In this document: in pieces, positions 18,477 to 27,812 of the stretch
Numbering within the stretch: the stretch's first letter is position 1
Layout of the letters: the number at the start of each line of letters is the position of its first letter
Assembly: GCA_964559945.1 (NCBI GenBank)
Contig: CAZLJY010000001.1
Location: forward strand, 24,081-88,080
Origin: an uncultured Gammaproteobacteria bacterium
Lineage (GTDB): Bacteria > Pseudomonadota > Gammaproteobacteria > Xanthomonadales > SZUA-38
Reading direction: 5' to 3'
Length of the DNA stretch: 64,000 bases
Notes under the pieces: model-generated
Told to the model about the DNA's origin: nothing
The model's database searches: none
The model's input: only the letters and a program-made list of their open reading frames with translations
Made by a program: the position numbers and the translations under genes

Positions 18477-20570
18477 ATGAAAATGGGCGCCCGCCTGGTC
18501 GCCCTAGTCATCGCAGGATGGATGGTCAATGCCTGCAGCGATCGATCCGGCGCAAATTCATTCAGCGAAGCTAAGTCCAGCGAGAATGACGTTGAGTGGC
18601 GCGTCCACGGCGGAACGCCAAATGAGGAACGCTTCAGTCCATTACGCCAAATCAATCGAGAGTCGGTGAAGAACCTGGGTTTGGCTTGGTCTTATCAATT
18701 GCGCACCGACCGAGGTGTTGAGGCAACGCCACTGGTAGTTGATGGCGTGATGTACGTAACTGGGGCGTGGAGTATTGTCTATGCCCTGGATGCGACAACG
18801 GGTAAGCAGCTTTGGGTATTTGATCCCAAAGTGTCAAAAAGTTGGGGTCAAAAGGTCTGTTGTGATGTGGTCAATCGCGGCGTTGCACTGGATGAAGGCA
18901 GAGTATTTTTAGGTGCCTTGGACGGGCGTCTGATAGCGCTGGACGCAAACGATGGTTCGATAATTTGGGAAGTTCTAACCGTTGATCAATCAAAACCCTA
19001 TTCCATTACCGGCGCTCCGCGAGTGGCTAACGGAAAGGTGTACATCGGCAATGGTGGCGCCGATTACGGAGTGCGTGGCTATATCAGCGCTTATGACGTA
19101 GAAACCGGTGCGCAGGTCTGGCGCTTCTATACGGTACCTGGCAATCCAGCGGACGGTCCCGATGGCGCAATATCGGATGCGCCGCTTAAAGATCTAACAG
19201 AATCGACCTGGACCGGTGAGTGGTGGGAGTATGGCGGCGGCGGCACGGTTTGGGACTCCATCGTTTTTGATGAGTCGACAAACTTGCTGATTTTCGGTGT
19301 TGGCAATGGTTCACCCCATGACCGGAATATCCGTTCGCCAGAGGGCGGCGACAACCTATTTTTATCATCCATTGTTGCTGTTGATGCGGACAGCGGCCAA
19401 TATCAATGGCACTACCAAACAACACCGGGAGACACTTGGGATTTCACTGCGTCTCAGCAGATTGTCCTGGCGGATGTTGAGCTTGACGGCGTGCTTCGAA
19501 AGGTTTTATGGCAGGCACCAAAAAACGGCTTTTTTTATATGCTGGATCGCACCACGGGCGAACTGTTGTCGGCGGAACCTTACACGGGAGTGACCTGGGC
19601 AACCCACGTTGATCCCCATTCGGGTCGTCCCCAAGAGACGCCCAACGCTCGTTACGAGTCTGGCACGGCATTGCTGAAACCTGCAGTGTTTGGTGGCCAC
19701 AATTGGCAACCCATGTCTTATAGCCCTTTAACTGGGCTTGTGTACATTCCCGCCATAGACACAGCAACCCCACGTTCCGTGGACCCGAACTATCGACAAA
19801 CTGAGGGTTGGTGGAACACTGGCAATCCTGGCCCCGCGTTTCCCACAGATGAAAAAGTTCTCGGCCAGATTAAGGCCAGTGCAAGAAGCTACCTGCGAGC
19901 GTGGGATCCCATAAAGCAAAAATCGGTATGGGATGTTGAGCTAACGGGTCCATGGAATGGCGGCGTCTTATCCACTGCGGGTAACCTGGTGTTTCAAGGC
20001 ACCGCTGATGGGCGACTTGTGGCCTACGACGACCACAACGGACAATTGCTTTGGGAGTTCGCCACGGGGACCGCGACGCTTGCTGGGCCAGTTTCTTATT
20101 CGATTGGAGACACGCAATACGTTGCGGTACCGGGCGGATTCGGTTCGGTGCTGTTCCTGGCACTCGGGGTGTTGATGCCAGAGGCGGTACCGAACCAAAA
20201 GGGTAGGGTGTTTGTTTTCAAGCTGGGCGGCGATGCCAAGTTACCTGCGACTACCACGGATGTACCGCCATTTCCCAAGCCGCCGGTTTTCCAATCGACT
20301 GACCAACAGGTAGCCAGCGGCAGAGATGAGTACGGATATTTCTGTTGGCAATGCCACGGCGCCAATGGGATCAGCTCAGGAGTGATTCCAGATCTCAGGC
20401 GGTCAGCCTATCTGCACGACGAAGCCGCTTGGCAGGCCGTAGTTATTGATGGGGCTCTGTCTGAAAAAGGCATGGGGCCCTTTGCGCAATGGCTGAGCGA
20501 AAAGGATGCTGAAGCCATTCGACACTATCTAATCGGCGAAGCCACCAGGGTCTATGAGGCTGCGAACTAA
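18477..20570 (+). CDS. quinohemoprotein (type II) PQQ-dependent alcohol dehydrogenase
   Basis: PQQ propeller repeats are present, with the vicinal Cys pair (KVCCDVVNRG) and the WDF active-site block (GDTWDFTAS). The C-terminal cytochrome c domain has CWQCHG. The ATG at 18477 gives a signal/lipobox-like N-terminus (MKMGARLVALVIAGWMVNAC) and removes the overlap with the receptor gene. Confidence 0.85.
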   Translation: MKMGARLVALVIAGWMVNACSDRSGANSFSEAKSSENDVEWRVHGGTPNEERFSPLRQINRESVKNLGLAWSYQLRTDRGVEATPLVVDGVMYVTGAWSIVYALDATTGKQLWVFDPKVSKSWGQKVCCDVVNRGVALDEGRVFLGALDGRLIALDANDGSIIWEVLTVDQSKPYSITGAPRVANGKVYIGNGGADYGVRGYISAYDVETGAQVWRFYTVPGNPADGPDGAISDAPLKDLTESTWTGEWWEYGGGGTVWDSIVFDESTNLLIFGVGNGSPHDRNIRSPEGGDNLFLSSIVAVDADSGQYQWHYQTTPGDTWDFTASQQIVLADVELDGVLRKVLWQAPKNGFFYMLDRTTGELLSAEPYTGVTWATHVDPHSGRPQETPNARYESGTALLKPAVFGGHNWQPMSYSPLTGLVYIPAIDTATPRSVDPNYRQTEGWWNTGNPGPAFPTDEKVLGQIKASARSYLRAWDPIKQKSVWDVELTGPWNGGVLSTAGNLVFQGTADGRLVAYDDHNGQLLWEFATGTATLAGPVSYSIGDTQYVAVPGGFGSVLFLALGVLMPEAVPNQKGRVFVFKLGGDAKLPATTTDVPPFPKPPVFQSTDQQVASGRDEYGYFCWQCHGANGISSGVIPDLRRSAYLHDEAAWQAVVIDGALSEKGMGPFAQWLSEKDAEAIRHYLIGEATRVYEAAN

Positions 20571-20589
20571 CGAATCAGCGCCTGTAACC

Positions 20590-22812
20590 TCACTCCTGCC
20601 GCATTGGAATATTAAGGTAACTTGCGCTGGATATCTCTAATTGCAGTGGGCTGCCAGCATCGCTGACACTTTCATCTGAGACATCCCCACCGGTTCCGTA
20701 ATTCACCTGGGCGAAGGGGTTAAAGTTTACGTCAACGATTGCCGCCACTCGGCTCCCTGCTCCGATCTTACGGCTGACCATTCGGCTTCGTCTGAATTCA
20801 ACGGAGGTTAAGGCGCCAGGCACCAGCAATTGTCGGCTTTCCCGATCAGCCGCGTAACTCGCACGGCCGAGATAATAGGACAGGTGAAATGCTTGGCCAT
20901 CGGGCAATAACTCATACAACGTTACCCCGAAGTCAAAATCACGTTTGTTGCTGGTGACCACCAAAGCCCCAGAGAATTGCCCGTTGATGGATCTTGCAGA
21001 CTCAAACGCCTTGGAGACAAATATCAGGCCCGGACGTTGCTCCAAATCTCCACTAATGATCGGGAAGGGGTAGTAGTCATTGCGTGATTGATTACGGTCG
21101 GCAAAGTCAATCTCTAGGGTCAATGAAGCGGGCGCTTTTGAAGCCTCCGTGCTTAGCTGATGGGTGGTCTTGTCGTTTTGTGGTGTGAAATACCAACGTT
21201 CGGTTTGTTTGTTCATATCAAACAGTGAATCTGTATGGTGCCATTGGTTGTCCCCCATCCGTTGGTAATTCACCTTGGCTTTGATCAAGGCCGGCTTATC
21301 TGCGCCCTTGAGGACATGATCTAGCCATCGATAAGTGAGGGTCGGTGTGTTGATGGGCGCCACTGGGTCCAACGTGTAACCACGCAAAGTTTGTGGGGAG
21401 ATGGTTTGCGCACCGAAATGATCGTAAGGGCCAATGACCAGATAGTGGGGCGCTTTGGTGTTGTGGCGTAGGTGCTCATTGAAATACTCAAGAGCTGAAA
21501 TCTGACCGTCATCGTAGTAGCCAGTAATGGATAGCACTGGGATGTTGATGCGTTCGTATTCCTTGCCGTAAGGCACCATGGATTGCCAATACTCATCGAA
21601 GGAAGGGTGAGTAAGCCATTTCTGCAGCCACGGGTTTGGGGGTCCTTCGACCGCGTCGACCTGGCGAAACGGCCGGCCGCTAGCAAACAAGTTTTGACGC
21701 AGAGTATTCCAACGTTGCTGGTCGTTGTAGGTATCGTTGTCCAACATCGGGTTGTTAGATACGTAAAAAGGCCAAGCGTAGTTGGCCATCAAAAACACGT
21801 TGTTCTCCATCGGCAGGCCTTGACCGGGCATTGCAGCGGCGGAAGGAACAATGGTTTTTAGGGCGGGGTGTGGATTCTTAAGTGCTGCCCATTGACTGAA
21901 GCCGTTATAGCTGCCGCCGAACATACCGATCTGCCCATCGCTCCAGGGTTGTTGGCTGATCCAGTTGATCACGGTATTGACGTCTATTGCTTCGTTTTCA
22001 TAGGGCGCGATGGGATTTGGGCTTGATCGTTTGCCGCGTGAAAACCCCACCACGCCAACATACCCCTCGGCTGCCGAGCGTATCGCTGTACGCAAATTTC
22101 TCAGCGGTACAGAGCTGGCGTAAATAGTAAACTCGAGGGCGGTGGGTTGTGCTTGGTCAAGGCGTTTGCGTACCACTATTGCGGATAAAACTACCCCATC
22201 TTTACCCTTGATAAGTACTTCATGGTCGATGTGGAATCGTCGCTTCTGATCTTCACGCAGTGCAGCAGTTGAGGATTCGATGGCGCGTTTGTAAGTGGAC
22301 AAATCCACGGCTTGGCGTAACACGCGCATTGCTGCGGAGGGCTCTAGGTCTTTTTTGCCCATCGCCTCATTGATCATCCAATTGAGGTATGACTGTCCCG
22401 ATGTAACATCGTAAGTGGCAAACTCATAGGCGCGCCAAGCATCAAGGTCGCTCAGTGCCGATAAGGATTGGTTCAAGATCCCTTCGACGGATTTGGTTTC
22501 CTTTGCAGCGCGCAACAGGAGCTCGTAATGATAGAAAGTGAAGCGGTTGCTATGGGTTTGTCCCAGCGATGACAGGATAGCCAAGGCTTGCTCGGTGTTG
22601 CCTGCAGCGACGTGCAGGCGCAGTAGGTCTTCGTTGTTATCAACAACCTCATTGGCAAGAAGATGTTCTGCCCAGCCTTTTAGTTGTTTGATGTCATGAT
22701 CCGATGCCAGCCAAGTGTGATAGTCAAACTCTGCTGGTTGGCTTTTGGTGGGTAGCGAGCCGATAGCAATCAGCGTTATGAGTCGAAGAATTGCACTTAG
22801 TGATGGGATCAT
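20590..22812 (-). CDS. CocE/NonD-family serine hydrolase (S15 X-Pro dipeptidyl-peptidase-like), secreted
   Basis: Blocks typical of the family include GVVGFSRGKRSS, IGMFGGSYNGFSQW (nucleophile elbow GxSxxG), PVLSITGYYDD and a C-terminal beta-sandwich. The probable start is the ATG at 22812, giving the signal peptide MIPSLSAILRLITLIAIGSL; the longest ORF extends to 22941. Confidence 0.75.
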   Translation of the reverse strand: MIPSLSAILRLITLIAIGSLPTKSQPAEFDYHTWLASDHDIKQLKGWAEHLLANEVVDNNEDLLRLHVAAGNTEQALAILSSLGQTHSNRFTFYHYELLLRAAKETKSVEGILNQSLSALSDLDAWRAYEFATYDVTSGQSYLNWMINEAMGKKDLEPSAAMRVLRQAVDLSTYKRAIESSTAALREDQKRRFHIDHEVLIKGKDGVVLSAIVVRKRLDQAQPTALEFTIYASSVPLRNLRTAIRSAAEGYVGVVGFSRGKRSSPNPIAPYENEAIDVNTVINWISQQPWSDGQIGMFGGSYNGFSQWAALKNPHPALKTIVPSAAAMPGQGLPMENNVFLMANYAWPFYVSNNPMLDNDTYNDQQRWNTLRQNLFASGRPFRQVDAVEGPPNPWLQKWLTHPSFDEYWQSMVPYGKEYERINIPVLSITGYYDDGQISALEYFNEHLRHNTKAPHYLVIGPYDHFGAQTISPQTLRGYTLDPVAPINTPTLTYRWLDHVLKGADKPALIKAKVNYQRMGDNQWHHTDSLFDMNKQTERWYFTPQNDKTTHQLSTEASKAPASLTLEIDFADRNQSRNDYYPFPIISGDLEQRPGLIFVSKAFESARSINGQFSGALVVTSNKRDFDFGVTLYELLPDGQAFHLSYYLGRASYAADRESRQLLVPGALTSVEFRRSRMVSRKIGAGSRVAAIVDVNFNPFAQVNYGTGGDVSDESVSDAGSPLQLEISSASYLNIPMRQE

Positions 22813-23042
22813 TTCATGTCCTGCCTTAATCCTTACTAGGGTCATTTTTTTCTGGTTAAGCGGTCGAATTTCCGCGTCTAATAGCGCCATGTTGAACCAC
22901 GAATCAACCCTCCTTGAGATTTGCCATTGGAGAAAATCCACTGAACCGAGATGTCGTGGCTCCGTAGGTCAGCGCACTTTGTGATACAGCGCGTTATCAT
23001 TTCAGTGGTGCAGATCGAAGTTTGCAATCTGGTGTTCTGGAA

Positions 23043-23074
23043 GTCGTGATTTGCCCATGATGGTGTCGTGATTT
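23043..23074. promoter_or_regulatory. two perfect direct repeats of GTCGTGATTT spaced 22 bp apart, in the divergent hydrolase/regulator intergenic region
   Basis: The copies lie at 23043-23052 and 23065-23074. A third partial copy, GTCGTGG, is at 22953-22959. The repeats sit about 92 nt upstream of the winged-helix regulator ATG at 23166. Confidence 0.4.
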
Positions 23075-23165
23075 TTTTGTGACTAAGAACAAAAGACTTT
23101 CATAACATGGGCTTGCGATCACCGGGCGGGGCGTTCTACTTACTTTGAATGGATAAACAACAACG

Positions 23166-25175
23166 ATGAATTGGAAAATAGAACAGTTTCATTTCTCGGA
23201 ATCCCGTCGAACCCTGACTGCTGGTAGTCAGGTTGAGGCGCTGGAACCGTTGGTATGTGCTGTTCTGGTCCATCTATGTCGGCATCCCGATGAGGTGGTC
23301 ACTCGAGATGCTTTGGTCGACGCTGTATGGCGGGGCAGAGTGGTGACCGACAATGCGGTCAACCGGGTAATCGTGAAACTGCGCAGTGCTTTCGGCGATG
23401 ATGCCCGAAACCCAAAGTTTATAGTGACCCAATCGAAGACGGGTTATCGCTTGATTGCACCGGTGGAGATCATTAGACCCCATACTTCAGCGGGGTTATC
23501 TACGGCTCGTTACAAGGTTGTGGGAGTTGCACTGGTAATCGCCACGATGATTGGGCTGTCGACCGTGCTTTGGCATCAGTCAACCGGACCAGTGGCTCGC
23601 AGTGCGGCCCCTCTATATAGGGGCGGTAGCGATGAGTATGGCCCGGTGGTCTCGCCGGATGGCCGCACTCTGGCCTATTCGTCCTTTGAGGAAGATCAAC
23701 TTCGCTTGTATCTGCGGGATTTACGCAGCGGCGAAGCCCGGAGGGTCGACTATGACCCTGGTTATAGCGGCGGTCCATCCTGGTCTAGTAACGGCCGCCG
23801 CCTGGTTTATTTGTATACCGAAGCACAGCGCTGCCAATTCAGGGAAATTGCCGTTTCCGGGCTCACTGGCAGTGAACCGAAAACGCTGCACAATTGTCCG
23901 GTGGGAAGCTTTGGCTTGGCTATTTATGGCCATCAGGGCGACAAACTCTACTACTCGGAAGCGCCAGACGGGCGAGAGCCCTATTCTCTATTTGAATTGG
24001 ATATCGAATCCGGTGATCGCCGCCGATTACTTCAGCCCGTGCCGCTGTTGCGTGGCAATACGCAGTTCGACCTTCACCCTTATCGAGATGCATTGTTAAT
24101 TTCCTCGCCTGACCAGCAGCAATGGCTGAACATTTACGAACTGGATTTGGCCAACCAGCAGCTTCAGCGGTTGTTTCGGTTGAACGAATACTCCTGCTGC
24201 GCGATATGGAACCACGATGGGTCGCGAGTCTCTTTACAAAGTGAAAACCCCTATGAACTTGTGAGCTTTGATTTGTCCGGTGCAGATCGTCGGGTTGATT
24301 ACCGAGGAGTGCAGTTGATCGGCGCAACCACTCGCTTTCCCAATGCTGAGGATTACGTATTCATCGGTGCGAGTCACGACGCCGATATTGTTGCGTTCGA
24401 AGATACAGGGTTAACCCCGGCAACGGTGGTTAACTCATCGGTAAACGACCATCTTCCGGCGGTTGATCCCGCTGGTCGGCAGCTGGTTTTTCTGTCTGAC
24501 CGCAGTGGTCAATACGAATTATGGGTTACTGATCTCAACACCGGTAAGGAATCACGGATTGATTCGGGAAACGGCGACTCCTATTACTACGGCATTGGTT
24601 GGGCACCGGACGGTAAACGATTGGCAGCCTTCAACAGTAATGAAATTGACGTGTTCAATTGGCCTGCAGGCAAGGCTCGGAAATTGAGGATTCCGCAGCT
24701 TGAGATCCGAGGAGTATCCTGGAAAGACGCTGAAACCCTAGCCTATAGTGTGAAAGAGAACGATCGTTGGGTGGTGAAACACTACGATATTCACAACGAT
24801 CAGGTATCTGCCGGCCCGGCTAGGTGGGCCTATGTCCAATACGGTGTGAAAGCGGTCGATACCCTGTGGTATGACGCTGATGGTCAGACGTTTTATGGCA
24901 TCGAGCAAACCGCCATCGATGTGTTGGACGATGTTCAACCCCTAATCAGGCGCCGCTTTAACGCCCACCTTGTTGACGGTACTCTGGCTTTTTATATCCA
25001 AGGTAAGGATGGTTGGCGCTTAAAGGTATCTAGGCAGGAGGATGGCCAATGGACCGAAAGTACAGCCCTTGGCTCAACGCCTAATCCTAGTCAGGTTGCC
25101 GTTTCAGGTGGGCGAATATATGTCTCTTGGCTAAGTCAAAGTACCTCGGATGTGTTTCGAACGATCAGAAATTAG
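23166..25175 (+). CDS. membrane-anchored ToxR/CadC-like winged-helix regulator with a periplasmic TolB-like beta-propeller
   Basis: The N-terminal OmpR/PhoB-type DNA-binding domain reads LEPLVCAVLVHLCRHPDEVVTRDALVDAVW...NRVIVKLRSAF...TQSKTGYRLI. There is one TM segment (VVGVALVIATMIGLSTVLW). Propeller motifs include VSPDGRTLAYSS, WSSNGRRLVY, DPAGRQLVFLSDRSGQYELW and WAPDGKRLA. Confidence 0.8.
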   Translation: MNWKIEQFHFSESRRTLTAGSQVEALEPLVCAVLVHLCRHPDEVVTRDALVDAVWRGRVVTDNAVNRVIVKLRSAFGDDARNPKFIVTQSKTGYRLIAPVEIIRPHTSAGLSTARYKVVGVALVIATMIGLSTVLWHQSTGPVARSAAPLYRGGSDEYGPVVSPDGRTLAYSSFEEDQLRLYLRDLRSGEARRVDYDPGYSGGPSWSSNGRRLVYLYTEAQRCQFREIAVSGLTGSEPKTLHNCPVGSFGLAIYGHQGDKLYYSEAPDGREPYSLFELDIESGDRRRLLQPVPLLRGNTQFDLHPYRDALLISSPDQQQWLNIYELDLANQQLQRLFRLNEYSCCAIWNHDGSRVSLQSENPYELVSFDLSGADRRVDYRGVQLIGATTRFPNAEDYVFIGASHDADIVAFEDTGLTPATVVNSSVNDHLPAVDPAGRQLVFLSDRSGQYELWVTDLNTGKESRIDSGNGDSYYYGIGWAPDGKRLAAFNSNEIDVFNWPAGKARKLRIPQLEIRGVSWKDAETLAYSVKENDRWVVKHYDIHNDQVSAGPARWAYVQYGVKAVDTLWYDADGQTFYGIEQTAIDVLDDVQPLIRRRFNAHLVDGTLAFYIQGKDGWRLKVSRQEDGQWTESTALGSTPNPSQVAVSGGRIYVSWLSQSTSDVFRTIRN

Positions 25176-25463
25176 CCAGTTGATTGGCTCAAATATCCGC
25201 TCGTCTAATAGTCGCGATGGAGCGCGAAGAAGGGTTGTCACTGTCGATCCGAACGGACAACGGTTCACCGTTAGGGTCAAAGATACCGGTGCCGCCATTT
25301 AGTCCATCCAGGCCGGCAGGCCAATCCAAACGCCGATGTTGAGAATTTCAGTCTCACCGACCATTAGGTCTGTCGTCGGCAATCCACTCGACTGCCATGT
25401 GGAGAACAATCGAAGGGGGCACTTGCGCATTTCCGCATTCTAAATCGCAATTTTTCAACCATC

Positions 25464-26135
25464 GTGAGGTCCATGGAGAGCCACAATCACAGTGTGGATT
25501 GCCCTATCGAAAGTACCCGCCGAAGGTTGCCTTGCCCGTGGCTCGCGCTATGCCTTGCAATTGCCGCTTGCGCCACGCCGATTAAAGAGCCTGAACCTAG
25601 CGGGTTTTTGACAGACTACTCCAGCCTCCAAGCGGTTTCGGAAAACCATCTGCAAGCACTAAATCCAGCCCTGGCGCACTATCATCAATTTGTGATCGAA
25701 CGCCCCATCGTGCTTTACAAACCGGACGAGGGAGGTGATGAGTTTTCTGCCGATGAACTGGATGAGCTCAAAGATCATATTGTCGGGCAGTTTGCCAGCC
25801 GGCTAGGTAAAGACGAGGTATACCAGGTGGTAGATGAGCCCGGCCCTGACATTGCGCGATTGCGCTTTGTCATTACTGATCTTGACGCAACAGACGGTCT
25901 GTTAAATATCTCCTTCATCACCAAAGCCACCGGCGCTGGCCTAGGCGGCATTGCCATGGAGATGGAGGCCAGCGATTCGATCAGCGGTGAACAGCTACTG
26001 GGCGCTGTTCGATGGGGCACCGGGAGCCGGGTGCTGCGGGCCGGGATTACCCGTCTCGGGGATGCCAAAATTCAGACTAGCCGCTGGGCCCGAGATTTTC
26101 GCCAGCTGCTTGACGAGCTGGCTGAGAAAGGCTGA
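25464..26135 (+). CDS. putative lipoprotein (DUF3313-like)
   Basis: A lipobox is present (LALCLAIAAC), followed by GFLTDYSSL as remembered for the DUF3313 family. The start is either the GTG at 25464 or the ATG at 25473. Confidence 0.5.
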   Translation: MRSMESHNHSVDCPIESTRRRLPCPWLALCLAIAACATPIKEPEPSGFLTDYSSLQAVSENHLQALNPALAHYHQFVIERPIVLYKPDEGGDEFSADELDELKDHIVGQFASRLGKDEVYQVVDEPGPDIARLRFVITDLDATDGLLNISFITKATGAGLGGIAMEMEASDSISGEQLLGAVRWGTGSRVLRAGITRLGDAKIQTSRWARDFRQLLDELAEKG

Positions 26136-26196
26136 GCGATCGCAAAAGCCCTCGCATTCAGCGTGAAATCTTTTGGGGTCCCTAATCCTCGCCGAG

Positions 26197-27681
26197 TTAG
26201 CCACGGTTTGCCTTGATTTTCGCCACCAGAGTTTCAAGCATCTGGTCACGGATAGGTGCAACGATGCTGGATGCAATCACCCAGTCTGGTGTGACCCCGT
26301 CCGACTTTGGTTCGCCGGATGGCCTGATGATGTGTGCTTTAGGAAAACCTACCGTGAAGCCAGTATTGGGCAATGAAAATTGCTCCATAGCGCCGTAGGT
26401 GGTGGCCATATCCGAAGTCTTTTCGCCAACGATTAGACCGAGTTTGTAGTCTTGAACGATGGCCGCTACATTCACTGCGTTGGAATAGCTATGGCGATTG
26501 ATCAGCACAAAGACCTCTCCCGTAAATTGTTTTCCCTCTCGGGGTTTCGAGTAGGGGATCTCAAAATCAAATACCTCGCCGCGGGGCACTTTGTCGTACT
26601 GTTTTGCAAACAGTGCCGAGACCGACTCTGCGGCGCCAGGGTTTTGTTTGAGTCGGGCTAAATTGGACGCGGCGGCTTCATCGCTGGAGCGGATCAGAAA
26701 GGCGGAGCAAAAACGAAAGGGCCTATTGGCAATCCAAGCCAACATAGGGTCGCTGAAGGAGTTGTCGCCGCCCGGGTTCGCCCGCAGATCGATAATCAGT
26801 TGCTTGGCGTTTTGTTCTATAAGTTGCTCAAACGATTGGTCAACGAAGGCCACGAATGCCGTGTTGTTCCATGGTTGGTCGGGTTGCTCGGAGTTATAAA
26901 AAGGACCGGGGCGCAAGTAGCCGATGTTTTGGTCCAGCATTCGAAATTCTCGGTCGGTGCTGCTCAGAGAAAAGCGTTTGTCTAGGGCAGCTGCCGCTTT
27001 GCGCTGTGCTTTGCGAGACGAAGCATCAATGGTGATTTCAACGATTTGATCACCACGGCGCAACTTGAGAAGAAATTGTTCTACCTCCCCAACAACGGCC
27101 CAAAGGTCTCTAGGGAACGTAAATTCCATTAATGAGTGAGCAATATAGGGTGAGTCGGCCGAGATGTGTTCCGCAACTCGGTTCAGCCAGTCGGCCACGG
27201 CTATGCCATTGATGGCCACGATTTCATCACCGCCGCGAATGCGAGGGTCACCGCTATAGTTCTCACCGACGTAAGCGGCGCCATTCACAATTCGAGGGTA
27301 GATCGGAAAGGTCCGTCCGCCGGCGTCACGAAACACCTCATAGGCCTGGTCGGGAAAATCGATTCGGGCGTGGGCCACCTTGCCAAAGGCCACAAATCTC
27401 TGAAAGGTGAGTTGGGCCTCAAAACGGCTCACGGGCTGGTTAAACGATTCCATCATTTGCCTAAAACGATCGTCGTAGGCTTGCTGACTGCGGTGCACAA
27501 ACAGGTCGGCATGGGCGCTTTTGAGGCCGCTGTACAGTGAAGCAAAATCCTCCTTGAGAGTGGTCGGAGGGATGAGCTCCTGCCAGGAGTCGGCACCCCT
27601 CGGGTGAGTCAGGTCTTGGGCGGATACCGACAGTACAAAGGCCCAGAGCAGTAGGGCGATCATGCGGGTACGTTGGCGCAT
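26197..27681 (-). CDS. S41-family (tail-specific/C-terminal processing type) peptidase, secreted
   Basis: A signal peptide is present (MIALLLWAFVLSVSAQD), together with a PDZ-like region (GDEIVAINGIAV) and the S41 core LIIDLRANPGGDNSF plus VLINRHSYSNA. Confidence 0.8.
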   Translation of the reverse strand: MRQRTRMIALLLWAFVLSVSAQDLTHPRGADSWQELIPPTTLKEDFASLYSGLKSAHADLFVHRSQQAYDDRFRQMMESFNQPVSRFEAQLTFQRFVAFGKVAHARIDFPDQAYEVFRDAGGRTFPIYPRIVNGAAYVGENYSGDPRIRGGDEIVAINGIAVADWLNRVAEHISADSPYIAHSLMEFTFPRDLWAVVGEVEQFLLKLRRGDQIVEITIDASSRKAQRKAAAALDKRFSLSSTDREFRMLDQNIGYLRPGPFYNSEQPDQPWNNTAFVAFVDQSFEQLIEQNAKQLIIDLRANPGGDNSFSDPMLAWIANRPFRFCSAFLIRSSDEAAASNLARLKQNPGAAESVSALFAKQYDKVPRGEVFDFEIPYSKPREGKQFTGEVFVLINRHSYSNAVNVAAIVQDYKLGLIVGEKTSDMATTYGAMEQFSLPNTGFTVGFPKAHIIRPSGEPKSDGVTPDWVIASSIVAPIRDQMLETLVAKIKANRG

Positions 27682-27759
27682 ATCTCAGTCCTTATTTTTG
27701 GATGCGGCCAGTAAATACTGTTGTTGGGCGTTAGATCCATGTCGGCAAGTTCTTTTTTT

Positions 27760-27776
27760 CCTGACCAAACCCTGAC
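27760..27776. promoter_or_regulatory. direct repeat CCTGAC-N5-CCTGAC (11-bp phasing) in the divergent S41/regulator intergenic region
   Basis: The sequence is cctgaccaaaccctgac, located 37 nt upstream of the regulator ATG (27813) and 79 nt upstream of the peptidase ATG (27681). Confidence 0.3.
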
Positions 27777-27812
27777 GCGAGGTAAATCAGCGGCTTATGC
27801 GATAATAACCTG

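Noticed and set aside
18477-20570. Possibility that the TonB receptor/ADH pair is a lanthanide-uptake plus lanthanide-dependent (XoxF/ExaF/PedH-type) dehydrogenase pair
   Set aside because: Lanthanide-dependent PQQ dehydrogenases carry an extra Asp two residues after the catalytic Asp (the WDYD/WDFD context). This protein reads GDTWDFTAS, with Thr at that position, and it has the haem-c domain of Ca-type quinohemoproteins.
22813-22941. 43-codon N-terminal extension of the CocE/NonD ORF
   Set aside because: The extension precedes a clear signal peptide that starts at the ATG at 22812. It overlaps the region containing the GTCGTG-type motifs and is probably leader or promoter DNA.
25190-25400. 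Possible gene relic between the wHTH-propeller gene and the lipoprotein gene (minus-strand fragments GETEILNIGVWIGLPAWMD / LNGGTGIFDPNGEPLSVRIDSDNP)
   Set aside because: The fragments are short, interrupted by stops, and I could not assign them to any family. The evidence is insufficient for a pseudogene call.
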